Below are positions 10,984 through 21,174 of a stretch of 64,000 nt of DNA, piece after piece; the stretch's first letter is position 1, and each line of letters starts with the position of its first letter. The stretch lies in NCBI GenBank assembly GCA_965216785.1, contig OZ244197.1:416001-480000 (forward strand). Reading direction: 5' to 3'. The position numbers and the translations under genes were made by a program. This DNA comes from Thermodesulfobacteriota bacterium. GTDB taxonomy: Bacteria; Desulfobacterota_D; UBA1144; Nemesobacterales; UBA2774. The notes below the pieces were generated by a model. The model had not been told where the DNA came from. It saw nothing but the letters and a program-made list of their open reading frames with translations, and made no database searches.

Positions 10984-11742
10984 TTACACCTTCTTTATAT
11001 ATCTATCCACTATATTTAAGAACTCGGAGGAAAAATGCTCCATTTCAACATCTATGCGCTTTACGCGGCTTACGAAGTAGTTATACGCAATAACGGCGGG
11101 TATGGCCGCTGCGAGCCCGATAGCGGTCGCGATCAGGGCCTCGGCTATACCGGGGGCGACTGCCTGCAGTGTGGGGACGCCTTCACTTCCCGCAAGCCCG
11201 ATGAAGGAAGTCATGATACCCCAAACCGTGCCAAATAGCCCTATAAACGGTGCCGCGCTTCCGGTGGTAGCAAGAAAAGTAAGCGAGCTTTCGAGTTTAG
11301 AGGTTTCTGAAGACATAGTCCTGTTCAGAGCCCTCTCTACAAGCTCGATCATACCAAGCTCGCCCGACATCATATCGGCGCTTGTCCCGCCCTCGGGTTT
11401 TTGTCCCGAGCTGCTTGCCCTTTTGATTTTAAGTATCTCCGTGTAGCCCGCTCTGAACACTTCGGCAATCGGCCCGCCGATGTGCTTAGTCGAGGAATAG
11501 AGGTTCCCAAAATTCCCGCTCGCATTATAGAGATCGAGAAACTTGTCCGAGCTCCGGGTCGCTTTTCTGAGCACGAAGTACTTTGAGAACATAATGGTCC
11601 AGCATACGACCGACATAAATAAGAGAATAAGAAGAACCGCTTTAACCACAGGGCCCGCGTGAGAGACGAGGGTCATAATTTCTACCTGCTCCGCTGTGGT
11701 CTCTGCCTGCGCCTGCAACACGAAAGATATCCAGTTTGTCAT
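10984..11742 (-). CDS. tolQ: TolQ
   Basis: ATTGSAAPFIGLFGTVWGIM, VAPGIAEALIATAIGL..AIPAV. Confidence 0.95.
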   Translation of the reverse strand: MTNWISFVLQAQAETTAEQVEIMTLVSHAGPVVKAVLLILLFMSVVCWTIMFSKYFVLRKATRSSDKFLDLYNASGNFGNLYSSTKHIGGPIAEVFRAGYTEILKIKRASSSGQKPEGGTSADMMSGELGMIELVERALNRTMSSETSKLESSLTFLATTGSAAPFIGLFGTVWGIMTSFIGLAGSEGVPTLQAVAPGIAEALIATAIGLAAAIPAVIAYNYFVSRVKRIDVEMEHFSSEFLNIVDRYIKKV

Positions 11743-11991
11743 GCTAGTTTACCTGCTGATAAGTTAGATTTAGGATTGAACATTAATGATATTCAACACT
11801 GTGAGATTATTACGAATGAGCTACATCTTAGCTTTGATCTAAAGTGTTCCATACATAATATGTAAAATCAACAGCGATTATGAAAGCCCGGAGGGGGTTA
11901 AATACGCCAGTTAGATTTTGATGGGAGAATATATTATTATTAATCCCGGTACAAAGAGAAAATATAATCTAGGCTCATCAAAAGGAGGCGC

Positions 11992-12444
11992 GTGATGGCA
12001 AGAATTTTAACCGTGACCGCACTGACTATAATTTCACTTTATCTTCTGTTCCCGCAGCTGAGTTTTTCTGAGGAAAACAGATACACTGTTGTAATAGAAG
12101 AGAGTTTTTATGTCGTAAAGCCGGAGAACACAGAGAAGTTTCTCAAGGTTTACAGGGAGAAATTGTATCCCTTCTGGGAAGAGATGCGGAAAATGGGGAT
12201 TATCACTGAAGAATATAAGCTCTACTCGCAGAGAGTGCACACTCTCGATCCGCTATGGACGTATAAGACGGTAGTAAAGTTTCCGAACTACGCTGCGCTC
12301 GATAAGTGGCTTGAGATGAGGGATGTGGTTTACAAGAAACTCTTCCCTAACGAAGAGGGTTACAAAACCCCAAGGAAGGAGATTGACCTCATAACAGTAG
12401 AGCACTGGGATGAGTTTATAAGAGAAATACCGCTTTCTAAGTAG
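11992..12444 (+). CDS. Exported hypothetical protein, probable dimeric alpha/beta-barrel (NIPSNAP-like) fold
   Basis: AGGAGG RBS, signal peptide, FYVVKPE..EKF...Y, W.Y...V.FPNYAALD, C-terminal HWDE. The fold call is inference. Confidence 0.65.
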   Translation: MMARILTVTALTIISLYLLFPQLSFSEENRYTVVIEESFYVVKPENTEKFLKVYREKLYPFWEEMRKMGIITEEYKLYSQRVHTLDPLWTYKTVVKFPNYAALDKWLEMRDVVYKKLFPNEEGYKTPRKEIDLITVEHWDEFIREIPLSK

Positions 12445-12446
12445 TC

Positions 12447-13469
12447 TTATTTACTGAAAAGGCCCTTCTGCATATGTGGGGGAGCGATATTCAAGTGGTC
12501 GTAGGCAAGCGGGGTGACTTCTCTTCCTCGCGGGGTTTTAACCAATAGCCCTTCCCGCACGAGATACGGCTCGTAGACGTCTTCGATAGTGTCTCTTTCT
12601 TCACTCACAGCCGCAGAGAGGGTATCGATGCCCACGGGGCCTCCCCTGAATTTTTCAATTATTGTCTCGAGTATCATCCTGTCTAGACCGTCAAGACCGA
12701 GTGAATCTACCTCGAGCATGTCGAGCGCGCGTATTGCAACCTCTTCAGTGACATTTCCGTCCGCCTTTACCTCCGCGTAGTCCCTTACCCTCTTAAGCAG
12801 GCGGTTCGCGACTCTGGGCGTACCTCTGGCGCGGCATGAAATTTCGCTTACCCCTTTCGGAGAAGTGTCCACTCCGAGTATCTTTGCCGAGCGTTTAAGT
12901 ATCCCTTCAATCTCGTCCGAATTGTAGTAGTCAAGTCTGAGATCGACGCCGAACCTGGAGCGCAGAGGTGAAGTAAGTAGCCCCGTCCTGGTGGTCGCGC
13001 CTACCAGAGTGAAGCGGTTCACACCCACCTTCATCGACTTTGCTGTCGGGCCCTCGCCAATCATTATATCAATCTTGTAATCCTCCATGGCAGAGTAGAG
13101 GTACTCTTCCACAATTCTGTTGAGGCGGTGAATTTCGTCAATAAAGAGAACGTCTCTCTCTTCAAGATTAGTCAGAATTGAGGCAAGATCGCCTACTCTT
13201 TCTATGACCGGGCCGGAGGTGGAGTAAATCCTCACCCCGAGCTCATTCGCCACTATGTGCGCAAGGGTCGTTTTGCCCAAGCCGGGGGGACCGTAGAGGA
13301 GCACGTGATCTAGCGCTTCATTACGCTTCTTCGCGGCCTCAATGAATATAGCCACCTTCTCCTTTACCTTAACCTGACCAAGGTAGTCTTTAAGGTGTGA
13401 GGGCCTTAAGTTAACATCAAATTGTACATCCTCTTCCTGACCGTCCGGGTTTATGATTCTTTCATTCAT
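12447..13469 (-). CDS. ruvB: Holliday junction branch-migration helicase RuvB
   Basis: [37 protein letters not shown]. Confidence 0.99.
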   Translation of the reverse strand: MNERIINPDGQEEDVQFDVNLRPSHLKDYLGQVKVKEKVAIFIEAAKKRNEALDHVLLYGPPGLGKTTLAHIVANELGVRIYSTSGPVIERVGDLASILTNLEERDVLFIDEIHRLNRIVEEYLYSAMEDYKIDIMIGEGPTAKSMKVGVNRFTLVGATTRTGLLTSPLRSRFGVDLRLDYYNSDEIEGILKRSAKILGVDTSPKGVSEISCRARGTPRVANRLLKRVRDYAEVKADGNVTEEVAIRALDMLEVDSLGLDGLDRMILETIIEKFRGGPVGIDTLSAAVSEERDTIEDVYEPYLVREGLLVKTPRGREVTPLAYDHLNIAPPHMQKGLFSK

Positions 13470-13610
13470 GATTTGTTTTCATTCCTGCGGGCATCGCTGT
13501 CTGCTTTATTTTATCATGCTCTCGCTCGCACACGACGTTCACTCGCTGCCCCCAGCCTCTGTCCCCATATAATATATATATTCTCTTTGGAGATTAATAG
13601 CTATGGAGTT

Positions 13611-14201
13611 TCAAGAAATCTGTTTCATTAGTTTAAGTGAAGCTCTGAGCGCTTTTTCTATATCGTTTTCTCTTGAGGCGATTTCTTCAAGCTGCTTAAT
13701 TTGCTCATCTATCTCGTTCTTTTTATAACCAAGGTTCAGGAGAGCCGAGATCACATCCCCCGCTATTGTTCCTTCTCTCTTGGTCTCCTCAGATATGCTC
13801 AGCTTGGGCACTTTGTCCTTCAGCTCGTTCTGAAGCCTGGAGGCGAGCTTGGGACCGATGCCCGGAATCTTCTTTTTCTGGAGCTCCCCTGACGCTACGG
13901 CAGAGGCGAATTCCCCGGGATCGACATTGGACAGTATGCTGATTGCAAGCTTGGGACCTACTCCGGATACTCCGATAAGGAGGTTAAAAATAGTTTTCTC
14001 GTCCTCGTTCAGAAACCCGAACAGCTCGATCCCGCTGTCCTTCATGTGCGTGTGGATAATTAATTCAGCATCTCTGCCAATCTCCGGAAGACGGTAAAAA
14101 GTGGAAAGGGGCACCGTTACTCCATAACCAACACCGCCGACGTCAACGATTACGCTTCCAAGCTCTTTTCGGGCAATTCTGCCTCTAAGAAGGGAGATCA
14201 T
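13611..14201 (-). CDS. ruvA: RuvA
   Basis: MISLLRG..DVGGVGY, HhH motifs GVSGVGPKLA and IPGIGPK, AL..LGY. Confidence 0.97.
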   Translation of the reverse strand: MISLLRGRIARKELGSVIVDVGGVGYGVTVPLSTFYRLPEIGRDAELIIHTHMKDSGIELFGFLNEDEKTIFNLLIGVSGVGPKLAISILSNVDPGEFASAVASGELQKKKIPGIGPKLASRLQNELKDKVPKLSISEETKREGTIAGDVISALLNLGYKKNEIDEQIKQLEEIASRENDIEKALRASLKLMKQIS

Positions 14202-14730
14202 CTAGTGTAAAACGCCTCCTTCTTCTCCTGGGTTTTACGAAATCAGCTCCGAGTCTGCTTTCGATTCTGGAAAGGTGGATGTGGCAGAGCGCTATGGCCA
14301 CGGCGTCAGAGGCGTCGGGGCTCTCAAAATCGGAGATTCCAAGTATCGACGTCAGCATCCTCTGCATCTCCATCTTGTTAGCTCTACCCCTTCCAGTGAG
14401 CGCGAGCTTTACCTTTGTGGGCGAGTATTCGTGTATGGTAATCCCTGAAGTAGAGGCCGCTAGAAGCGCGACACCCCTCGCCTGCCCGAGCTTTATCGCG
14501 CTTCGGGCGTTCTTGGCAAAAAATATGTCTTCTATGGAAATGGCCTCGGGCTTATGCTCGGTTATTACCTCTACGAGGCCGTCGTATATGACCTTTAGCT
14601 TCTGACATAATTCCAGGCTGGATTTGGGCGCAATACTCCCGTGAGCCACGTGTGCTATATCTCCGTTTCGGACTTCGAGTACCCCGTAGCCGCAAATCCT
14701 TGAGCCGGGGTCTATTCCGATTACCTTCAT
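14185..14730 (-). CDS. ruvC: Crossover junction endodeoxyribonuclease RuvC
   Basis: IGIDPG, IEDIFFAKN, LGQARG, DASDAVAIALCH. Confidence 0.97.
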   Translation of the reverse strand: MKVIGIDPGSRICGYGVLEVRNGDIAHVAHGSIAPKSSLELCQKLKVIYDGLVEVITEHKPEAISIEDIFFAKNARSAIKLGQARGVALLAASTSGITIHEYSPTKVKLALTGRGRANKMEMQRMLTSILGISDFESPDASDAVAIALCHIHLSRIESRLGADFVKPRRRRRRFTLDDLPS

Positions 14731-14807
14731 ATTTTTAGGTTTAGAAACATCCTCCGGGGACGCTTGAATTAGAGTTGATCGAGTTTACGCCGCCGGGACT
14801 ATACAAA

Positions 14808-15554
14808 TTAAGTAAGACTTTCTATTACTTCTTCCGGCACGTCGAAGTTTGAGTAGACATTCTGAACGTCGTCGCTTTCCTCAAGCGCTTCCATGAGACG
14901 GATCATATGCTCTGCTTCCTTACCTTCGATCTTGACGCTGTTCTGCGGAATCATGGTAACTTCCGCGCTCTCATACTTTAAACCCGCTTCATCGAGCACC
15001 GCTTTCACAGCTTCAATCTCCTCAGGAGGCGTTACTACGACAAGCTCGCTGTCTTCGGTGACAACGTCGTCAGCGCCCGCGTCGAGCACGAGATCAAACA
15101 CCTGCTCTTCGTCCACAGTGTCCTTTTCAAATGCGATTCTGCCCTTCATGTCGAACATCCAGGCTACGCAGCCGTTCTCCCCGAGGTTCCCGCCGTGCTT
15201 TGTGAAAATGCGTCTGATATCAGAAACCGTCCTATTTTTGTTGTCGGTAAGCGTGCGAACCAGAACCGCGCTACCGCCCGGGCCGTAGCCCTCGTAAGAA
15301 AGCTCGTGGAACTCGTCCCCGCCGATCTCACCCGTGCCGCGCTTTATCGCCCGGTCTATGGTGTCGTTGGGCATGTTTGCGCCCTTAGCGGTGTTGATCG
15401 CAGTTCTAAGACGAGGATTAGAATCTAAATCCCCGCCGCCGTGCTTTGCAGCCACTGTAAGCTCTCGGATGAGTTTGGTAAACACCTTACCCCTTTTTGC
15501 GTCTACTGCGGCTTTTCTATGTTTGATATTAGCCCATTTAGAGTGTCCGGCCAT
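14808..15554 (-). CDS. yebC: YebC/PmpR family protein
   Basis: [31 protein letters not shown]. Confidence 0.97.
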   Translation of the reverse strand: MAGHSKWANIKHRKAAVDAKRGKVFTKLIRELTVAAKHGGGDLDSNPRLRTAINTAKGANMPNDTIDRAIKRGTGEIGGDEFHELSYEGYGPGGSAVLVRTLTDNKNRTVSDIRRIFTKHGGNLGENGCVAWMFDMKGRIAFEKDTVDEEQVFDLVLDAGADDVVTEDSELVVVTPPEEIEAVKAVLDEAGLKYESAEVTMIPQNSVKIEGKEAEHMIRLMEALEESDDVQNVYSNFDVPEEVIESLT

Positions 15555-15578
15555 AACCTATCACCTCACTTCTTAAAA

Positions 15579-15605
15579 TGTCATCCCGGAGCTGATCCGG
15601 GATCT
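15579..15605. repeat. REP-like palindrome (GTC-ATCCCGGA-gctga-TCCGGGAT-C)
   Basis: Perfect 8-bp stem at 15583-15590/15596-15603 with a 5-nt loop, preceded by GTC. Confidence 0.7.
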
Positions 15606-15691
15606 CATATTTTAGTATTTAAAGTTTATACGGTATGTAAGAATTTTATAACATCGGGAAAGTTTTAGCAAGATATTCTATAGAGCGTTTA

Positions 15692-15761
15692 TCATCCCGG
15701 ATGCTGAATCGATCCCGTATCAAGTACGGGACATGGTTCAGCACGGGCTTGGTCCGAAATC
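15692..15761. repeat. Composite/nested REP-like palindromic element
   Basis: Inner TCCCGTA-tcaag-TACGGGA hairpin sits inside TGCTGAATC...GGTTCAGCA arms, which sit inside a split TCATCCCG|GGCTTGGTCCG element. Confidence 0.6.
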
Positions 15762-15777
15762 ACATTTTTCAACCGTA

Positions 15778-16668
15778 TTACTCAACCTTCTTAACCGTTA
15801 CAGTCAGGGGCTGCGGGCCGCCTCTATTGGTAGTAATGGTAGACACAGGTGCGCCTGAGTTTATTTCCTTCACCGTGAGCACTTTTGTAGAGGGATTTAT
15901 GACCTGATCGGCAAGAGAGCTGAAATCAAAGCGTATATTCGCCTCCGGGTCGAGCCCGAACACCTCCGCCGTGATAGGGGCAGGCTTGCCTACGTCCGTT
16001 TCGGGAACAAAGATATTGTATCCCCAGGCCGGTATCTCAGCGTTTATGAAGCTTCCGCCCGGCTCTTTTACGTTAACGCGCAGCATGCCTTCGATGTTCA
16101 CTATACTCGATGGTAAGTTTTGAAACTCCGCCGCAAGCTGATCAGATTTCATCACTATTATCTTTCCGGGGATAAACGACTGGTCACTGTTATTGAGAAG
16201 CCCGATCTGGTATTTGCTGGGCTCTAAGATGCTCTGAGACGGGAACACAAAGGTAGTATTAAGAGTTCCGAACTCGATTAAGAGCTTTTCGATGGAATAC
16301 ACCGCGCTTCCGCCAGAATTGGCCGGGGTTGCCGGAAGAGAAATTTTAAGTATCCCTCTTTCTCCCGAGATGATAACGCCGAAAGCGCCGGAAAGCTCTG
16401 ATGGAAGGCTGAATTTTCTCCAGTCATCTGTCAGTATCCGGACTTCTATCTCGACCCTGTCCCCGAGAAGCCCGCTGCGGTCGATTGTCCTAATAGAGCG
16501 CACTTTACCAATATATTCTGGGTTTACGTATATATCGCCTTTAAGGGAAGTTACCTCGACCTCGGTGTACATAGGCTGCGCTTGCCCATCCAGTGAGCTT
16601 AGCGGTATCAACAGAGCAACGGCCAGAACAATCGTTAGAAACGCTTTAATCTTATGAGCTTTAATCAT
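15778..16668 (-). CDS. Exported hypothetical protein, beta-rich
   Basis: 296-aa ORF with an N-terminal signal peptide and AGGTG RBS; no recognisable family motif. Confidence 0.7.
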   Translation of the reverse strand: MIKAHKIKAFLTIVLAVALLIPLSSLDGQAQPMYTEVEVTSLKGDIYVNPEYIGKVRSIRTIDRSGLLGDRVEIEVRILTDDWRKFSLPSELSGAFGVIISGERGILKISLPATPANSGGSAVYSIEKLLIEFGTLNTTFVFPSQSILEPSKYQIGLLNNSDQSFIPGKIIVMKSDQLAAEFQNLPSSIVNIEGMLRVNVKEPGGSFINAEIPAWGYNIFVPETDVGKPAPITAEVFGLDPEANIRFDFSSLADQVINPSTKVLTVKEINSGAPVSTITTNRGGPQPLTVTVKKVE

Positions 16669-16852
16669 TTATGGCACCTTTGGGACTTATAATTATATTT
16701 AACCACGAATTTACAGTAATTAACACAAATTAAAGCAAAAATAAAGATTTTTCCGGTTTTAAACCACTTTTAACATTTTCGCGTGCTTTCGTGCTGATTT
16801 GTGGTTAAAGCAAGTTTATTTTATAGTTGTAATTATCCACGAAAAAACTGAC

Positions 16853-16882
16853 TTGACAAAACACATCAATAGCATGCATAAT
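16853..16882 (+). promoter_or_regulatory. Putative sigma70 promoter of rho
   Basis: TTGACA-18 nt-CATAAT about 115 nt upstream of the rho ATG. Confidence 0.55.
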
Positions 16883-16998
16883 AATGATGTCTATATACTT
16901 TTACTACAACTCAAAGAGAACTGACTCTCATTTCCACATTTAGTAAGAAGATTTTGCTGTAAAAAATCCAATATATTGAGGTCGAGGACTTAACACAT

Positions 16999-18366
16999 AT
17001 GGCTAGAGCTACCAAATTACGGGAAAAATCCCCAGTAGAAGAAAAGGTACGGGAAGAAAAAGTGCAGGGGAAAAAAGAACAATCGGAAAAGGAAGTTGTA
17101 AAAGAATCCAAACAGTTCCTTAACCTTAACGAGCTTAGAAACAGAAAGAGCGCAGAGCTTATGAAAATGGCGCGCGATCTTGAAATAGAAGAAGTTTCGC
17201 GTATGACCAAGCAGGATATCACGTACGCGATACTGAAAGCCCAGAGTGAAAAAGAAGGGGTTATTTTCGCTGAAGGTGTGCTCGAAATACTCTCAGAGGG
17301 TTACGGTTTCCTGCGCTCGCCAAAATATAGCTATCTACCCGGCCCTGACGACATTTACGTCTCAAAATCGCAGATTCGCTCATTTAACCTCAAGACCGGA
17401 GACACTGTAGGCGGACAGGTAAGGCTCCCTAGGGAAGGCGAGAAAAACCTTGCGCTTCTTAAGATCGAGGAAGTAAACTTTGAATCCCCAGAGGTATGCA
17501 GAGAGCGGATCGCTTTTGAAAACAGGGTTCCACTGCACCCTGAGGAGAGAATTAATCTTGAATACGACGCCAATGAATTCTGCAGCCGTGTGCTGGATCT
17601 TTTTATTCCGATCGGTAAGGGCCAAAGAGGGCTTATTGTGGCGCCTCCTAGGACCGGTAAGACAATACTTCTTCAAAGAATAGCAAACGCGATAACCAAG
17701 AACAACCCGGATGTAGCGCTCATAGTGCTGCTGATTGACGAGCGCCCCGAGGAAGTAACCGATATGGACCGCCATGTGGTAGGCGAGGTCGTGAGCTCAA
17801 CGTTCGATGAGCCAGCGCAGAGGCACATTCAGGTCGCGGACATGGTGCTTGAGAAAGCCAAGAGGCTTGTAGAGCACGGAAAGGACGTCGTTATACTGCT
17901 GGATAGTTTGACAAGGCTTGCCAGAGCAAGCAACACAGTCACTCCCGCGAGCGGAAGGGTGCTGTCCGGAGGTATGGAAGCAAACGCTCTACAAAGACCT
18001 AAAAGATTTTTCGGCGCGGCCAGAAACACCGAGGAAGGCGGCAGTCTGACTATCATAGCGACTGCTCTTATCGACACCGGCAGCCGTATGGACGAGGTGA
18101 TCTTCGAGGAGTTTAAAGGTACGGGTAATATGGAAGCGTATCTTGACAGACGCCTTGCCGACAAGAGGGTATTCCCGGCAATCGATATACAGCGCTCGGG
18201 TACGAGGAAAGAAGAGCTTCTACTCTCTGAAGAGGTTCTCAATAAAGTCTGGCTATTGCGTAAGGTGCTTAGCCCGATGAATACGATTGAGGCTATGGAG
18301 TTTCTGCTCGATAAAATGAGCGGGACCAAGTCCAATAAAGAATTCATGAATATGATGAACTCATAA
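16999..18366 (+). CDS. rho: Transcription termination factor Rho
   Basis: [49 protein letters not shown]. Confidence 0.99.
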   Translation: MARATKLREKSPVEEKVREEKVQGKKEQSEKEVVKESKQFLNLNELRNRKSAELMKMARDLEIEEVSRMTKQDITYAILKAQSEKEGVIFAEGVLEILSEGYGFLRSPKYSYLPGPDDIYVSKSQIRSFNLKTGDTVGGQVRLPREGEKNLALLKIEEVNFESPEVCRERIAFENRVPLHPEERINLEYDANEFCSRVLDLFIPIGKGQRGLIVAPPRTGKTILLQRIANAITKNNPDVALIVLLIDERPEEVTDMDRHVVGEVVSSTFDEPAQRHIQVADMVLEKAKRLVEHGKDVVILLDSLTRLARASNTVTPASGRVLSGGMEANALQRPKRFFGAARNTEEGGSLTIIATALIDTGSRMDEVIFEEFKGTGNMEAYLDRRLADKRVFPAIDIQRSGTRKEELLLSEEVLNKVWLLRKVLSPMNTIEAMEFLLDKMSGTKSNKEFMNMMNS

Positions 18367-18477
18367 AGATTTCCGGACTGCCTGATCTCCAACCAAAGGT
18401 TTTAATTCATAGTACGTAAGAGATTTAATTTTGATAAATTGTTTCGCCCTTTTGCAACTATAGGCTATGGTATTTCT

Positions 18478-20193
18478 ATGTCCGCATTAAAGCTACTACC
18501 ACTGCTATTCTTGTTTTTCACTCTGCCTGTCTTAGCTCAGGTGGATCCGCCCTATGAGCCTAAGGCCAGATTCCATCCAGCGCTTGGCAAGCTGGGAATG
18601 GTGTCCTCACAGGAGAGATACGCAACCAGGGCAGGGCTCGAGGTGCTCAAAGAGGGCGGGAACGCTGTTGACGCCGCTGTGACTGTAGGCTTTGCGCTTG
18701 CCGTTACGCTCCCGAGAGCGGGAAACCTGGGAGGGGGCGGGTTTATGCTCGTGTATCTGGCGGAAAAAGACGAAGTAGTCGCTATAGACTACAGGGAAAA
18801 AGCTCCGCTTGCGGCTACACATGACATGTTCCTAGATGAAAACGGGGAAGTAGACAAAGAGAAATCAAGAAATAGCATATTTTCAGCGGGCGTCCCCGGC
18901 ACAGTAGCCGGTCTTACGCTCGCGCTTGAGAAGTACGGCACTATAACTCTCGAAAGAGCAATCCGGCCCGCTCTTGAGCTGGCTAGTCAGGGCTTTGCGG
19001 TAAACCAGGAGCTAAGAAGCTCGCTCCTTCAGGTAAAAGAGCGCATGAGAGAGTCCGACGCCGCTATGGGCACCTATTTTAAAAAAGGCGGAGAGCCTTA
19101 CCAAGTCGGAGAAACTCTTAAGCAAGAAGAGCTGGCCTGGAGTCTTGAGGACATATCGAAAAACGGCTCAAAAGCATTTTACTCAGGAGATATAGCGGGG
19201 AAGATAGAGAGTTTCATGCAGTCAAGGGGAGGGCTTATTACAAAAGAGGATCTCTCCTCTTATAAGCCTGTAATCAGGACCCCGGTTAAAGGGACTTATA
19301 GAGGCTATGAAATCTACTCTATGCCGCCTCCTAGCTCCGGCGGAGTACACCTCATTCAGATACTCAACATGCTGGAGCTATTCCCCATGTCTCAGATGGG
19401 ACACAACACAGCTTCCGCTATACATACTATGGTTGAGGCAAAGAAGCTTGCCTATGCAGACCGCTCAGAGCACATGGGCGACCCGGACTTTGCTCCGGTT
19501 AATACAAACGGACTGATATCTAAAGCATATGCGAAGGAGCTAAAGCTTAAAATTAATTCGGATAAAGCGAAACCAAGTAGTGAAATTCTTCCGGGCTTAA
19601 TTCCAGCTGCGGAAGGGAACAATACAACTCACTTCTCCGTTATAGATAAAGACGGAAACGCAGTCTCAAACACATATACGTTAAATTTCAGATACGGATC
19701 TAAAATTATGGTGCCCGGCACAGGCATACTGCTCAATAACGAAATGGATGATTTCTCATCCAAGCCCGGCGTGCCCAACGCCTACGGGCTCACGGGCGGA
19801 GACCTGAACGCAATAGAGCCTGGGAAAAGGATGCTGAGCTCAATGACCCCAACAATAGTGATGAAAGAGGGGAAACCATTCCTTATTACGGGAAGCCCGG
19901 GCGGGAGCAGAATCATTACCACAGTGCTTCAAATAATATTAAACGTGATCGATTTCAATATGAATATCGCAGAGGCTACAAACGCTGTAAGGGTCCACCA
20001 CCAGTGGCTTCCGGACGTCCTCTATGCCGAGGAAGGGCTTAACGCAGATACCGTGAGACTGCTCGAGGAAATGGGGCATAGCGTGGAGCTTGGGAATACT
20101 ATAGGGTGCACAGAAAGTATAATGAAAGAAGGGGATTTCCTTTACGGAGCGTCAGACCCGAGGAGACGGGACGGTTTGACGATGGGGTACTAA
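18478..20193 (+). CDS. ggt: Gamma-glutamyltransferase, exported (start likely 18478)
   Basis: GGNAVDAAV, GNLGGGGF, DYREKAP, catalytic NTTHFS, LNNEMDDFS, LSSMTP, GSPGGSRI. Confidence 0.97.
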   Translation: MSALKLLPLLFLFFTLPVLAQVDPPYEPKARFHPALGKLGMVSSQERYATRAGLEVLKEGGNAVDAAVTVGFALAVTLPRAGNLGGGGFMLVYLAEKDEVVAIDYREKAPLAATHDMFLDENGEVDKEKSRNSIFSAGVPGTVAGLTLALEKYGTITLERAIRPALELASQGFAVNQELRSSLLQVKERMRESDAAMGTYFKKGGEPYQVGETLKQEELAWSLEDISKNGSKAFYSGDIAGKIESFMQSRGGLITKEDLSSYKPVIRTPVKGTYRGYEIYSMPPPSSGGVHLIQILNMLELFPMSQMGHNTASAIHTMVEAKKLAYADRSEHMGDPDFAPVNTNGLISKAYAKELKLKINSDKAKPSSEILPGLIPAAEGNNTTHFSVIDKDGNAVSNTYTLNFRYGSKIMVPGTGILLNNEMDDFSSKPGVPNAYGLTGGDLNAIEPGKRMLSSMTPTIVMKEGKPFLITGSPGGSRIITTVLQIILNVIDFNMNIAEATNAVRVHHQWLPDVLYAEEGLNADTVRLLEEMGHSVELGNTIGCTESIMKEGDFLYGASDPRRRDGLTMGY

Positions 20194-21143
20194 ACCGTGA
20201 TCTCGAGCATACGGTCAATTGACTTTTTGGCTTTGTGGGCAGTATCTTCAGGCACCTTAACCTCAAATACCTCTTCCTGAAGTGACTTAAGAACCTTTGG
20301 CAGCGTAATCATTTTCATATACTTACATACCGCGTTTTCCTTTGCCGGATAAAAGACTTTATCTGGGTTGTCCTTTCTCAAGCGGTGGAGCATTCCGGTC
20401 TCGGTAGCTACTATGAATTCTTTTGATTCCGACTCTTTCGCGTGGTTTATCATGCCCCCTGTTGAAAGAAAGCACATGTCCTTATCTCCGTTTGTAGAAT
20501 TGTTTACAGAATGATAGAGGAAATTTGTGGTGCAGCCGCATTCGGGGTGAATCATCATCTCGGCCCCAGGGTGCGTCTCTCTAATCTCCTTGATTTCAGG
20601 AATACGAATGCCCGCGTGCACGTGGCACTCTCCGTGCCATATATGCATCTTTCGTCCGGTAACCTTGGCAGCGTAAGCGCCCAGAAACATATCGGGTAAA
20701 AACAGTATTTCCTTATCTTCGGGCACTGAGTTTACTACCTGCACCGCGTTTGCTGACGTACAGCAGTAATCTGTCTCAGCCTTTACTTCTGCGCTCGTAT
20801 TCACATAGGACACCACAACAGCGCCCGGGTGCTCTTCTTTCCAGTCCCTTAGCTGCTCGGCGTCAATCGTATCCGCAAGCGAACAGCCCGCTCCAAGATC
20901 GGGGATAAGCACTTTTTTATCGGGGGAAATGATTGATGCCGTCTCGGCCATAAAATGGACGCCGCAAAAAACTATTATATCGGCGTCAGTCTCAGCCGCC
21001 TTTTGCGACAGACCAAGAGAATCTCCTGTGTAATCGGCAATGTCCTGTACTTCGGGGATCTGATAATTATGCGCAAGTATGACTGCGTTTTTATCTTTTC
21101 TTAGTCTATTTATCTCTTCTGTTAGCTTTTCTAGCTCTGTCAT
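20190..21143 (-). CDS. nadA: Quinolinate synthase
   Basis: ILAHNYQ, FCGVHFMAE, AGCSLA, YVNTSA, CHVH, HPEC, CKYMK. Confidence 0.98.
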   Translation of the reverse strand: MTELEKLTEEINRLRKDKNAVILAHNYQIPEVQDIADYTGDSLGLSQKAAETDADIIVFCGVHFMAETASIISPDKKVLIPDLGAGCSLADTIDAEQLRDWKEEHPGAVVVSYVNTSAEVKAETDYCCTSANAVQVVNSVPEDKEILFLPDMFLGAYAAKVTGRKMHIWHGECHVHAGIRIPEIKEIRETHPGAEMMIHPECGCTTNFLYHSVNNSTNGDKDMCFLSTGGMINHAKESESKEFIVATETGMLHRLRKDNPDKVFYPAKENAVCKYMKMITLPKVLKSLQEEVFEVKVPEDTAHKAKKSIDRMLEITV

Positions 21144-21174
21144 TTCACACTGTCCATTTCATGAGGTAAATAGA

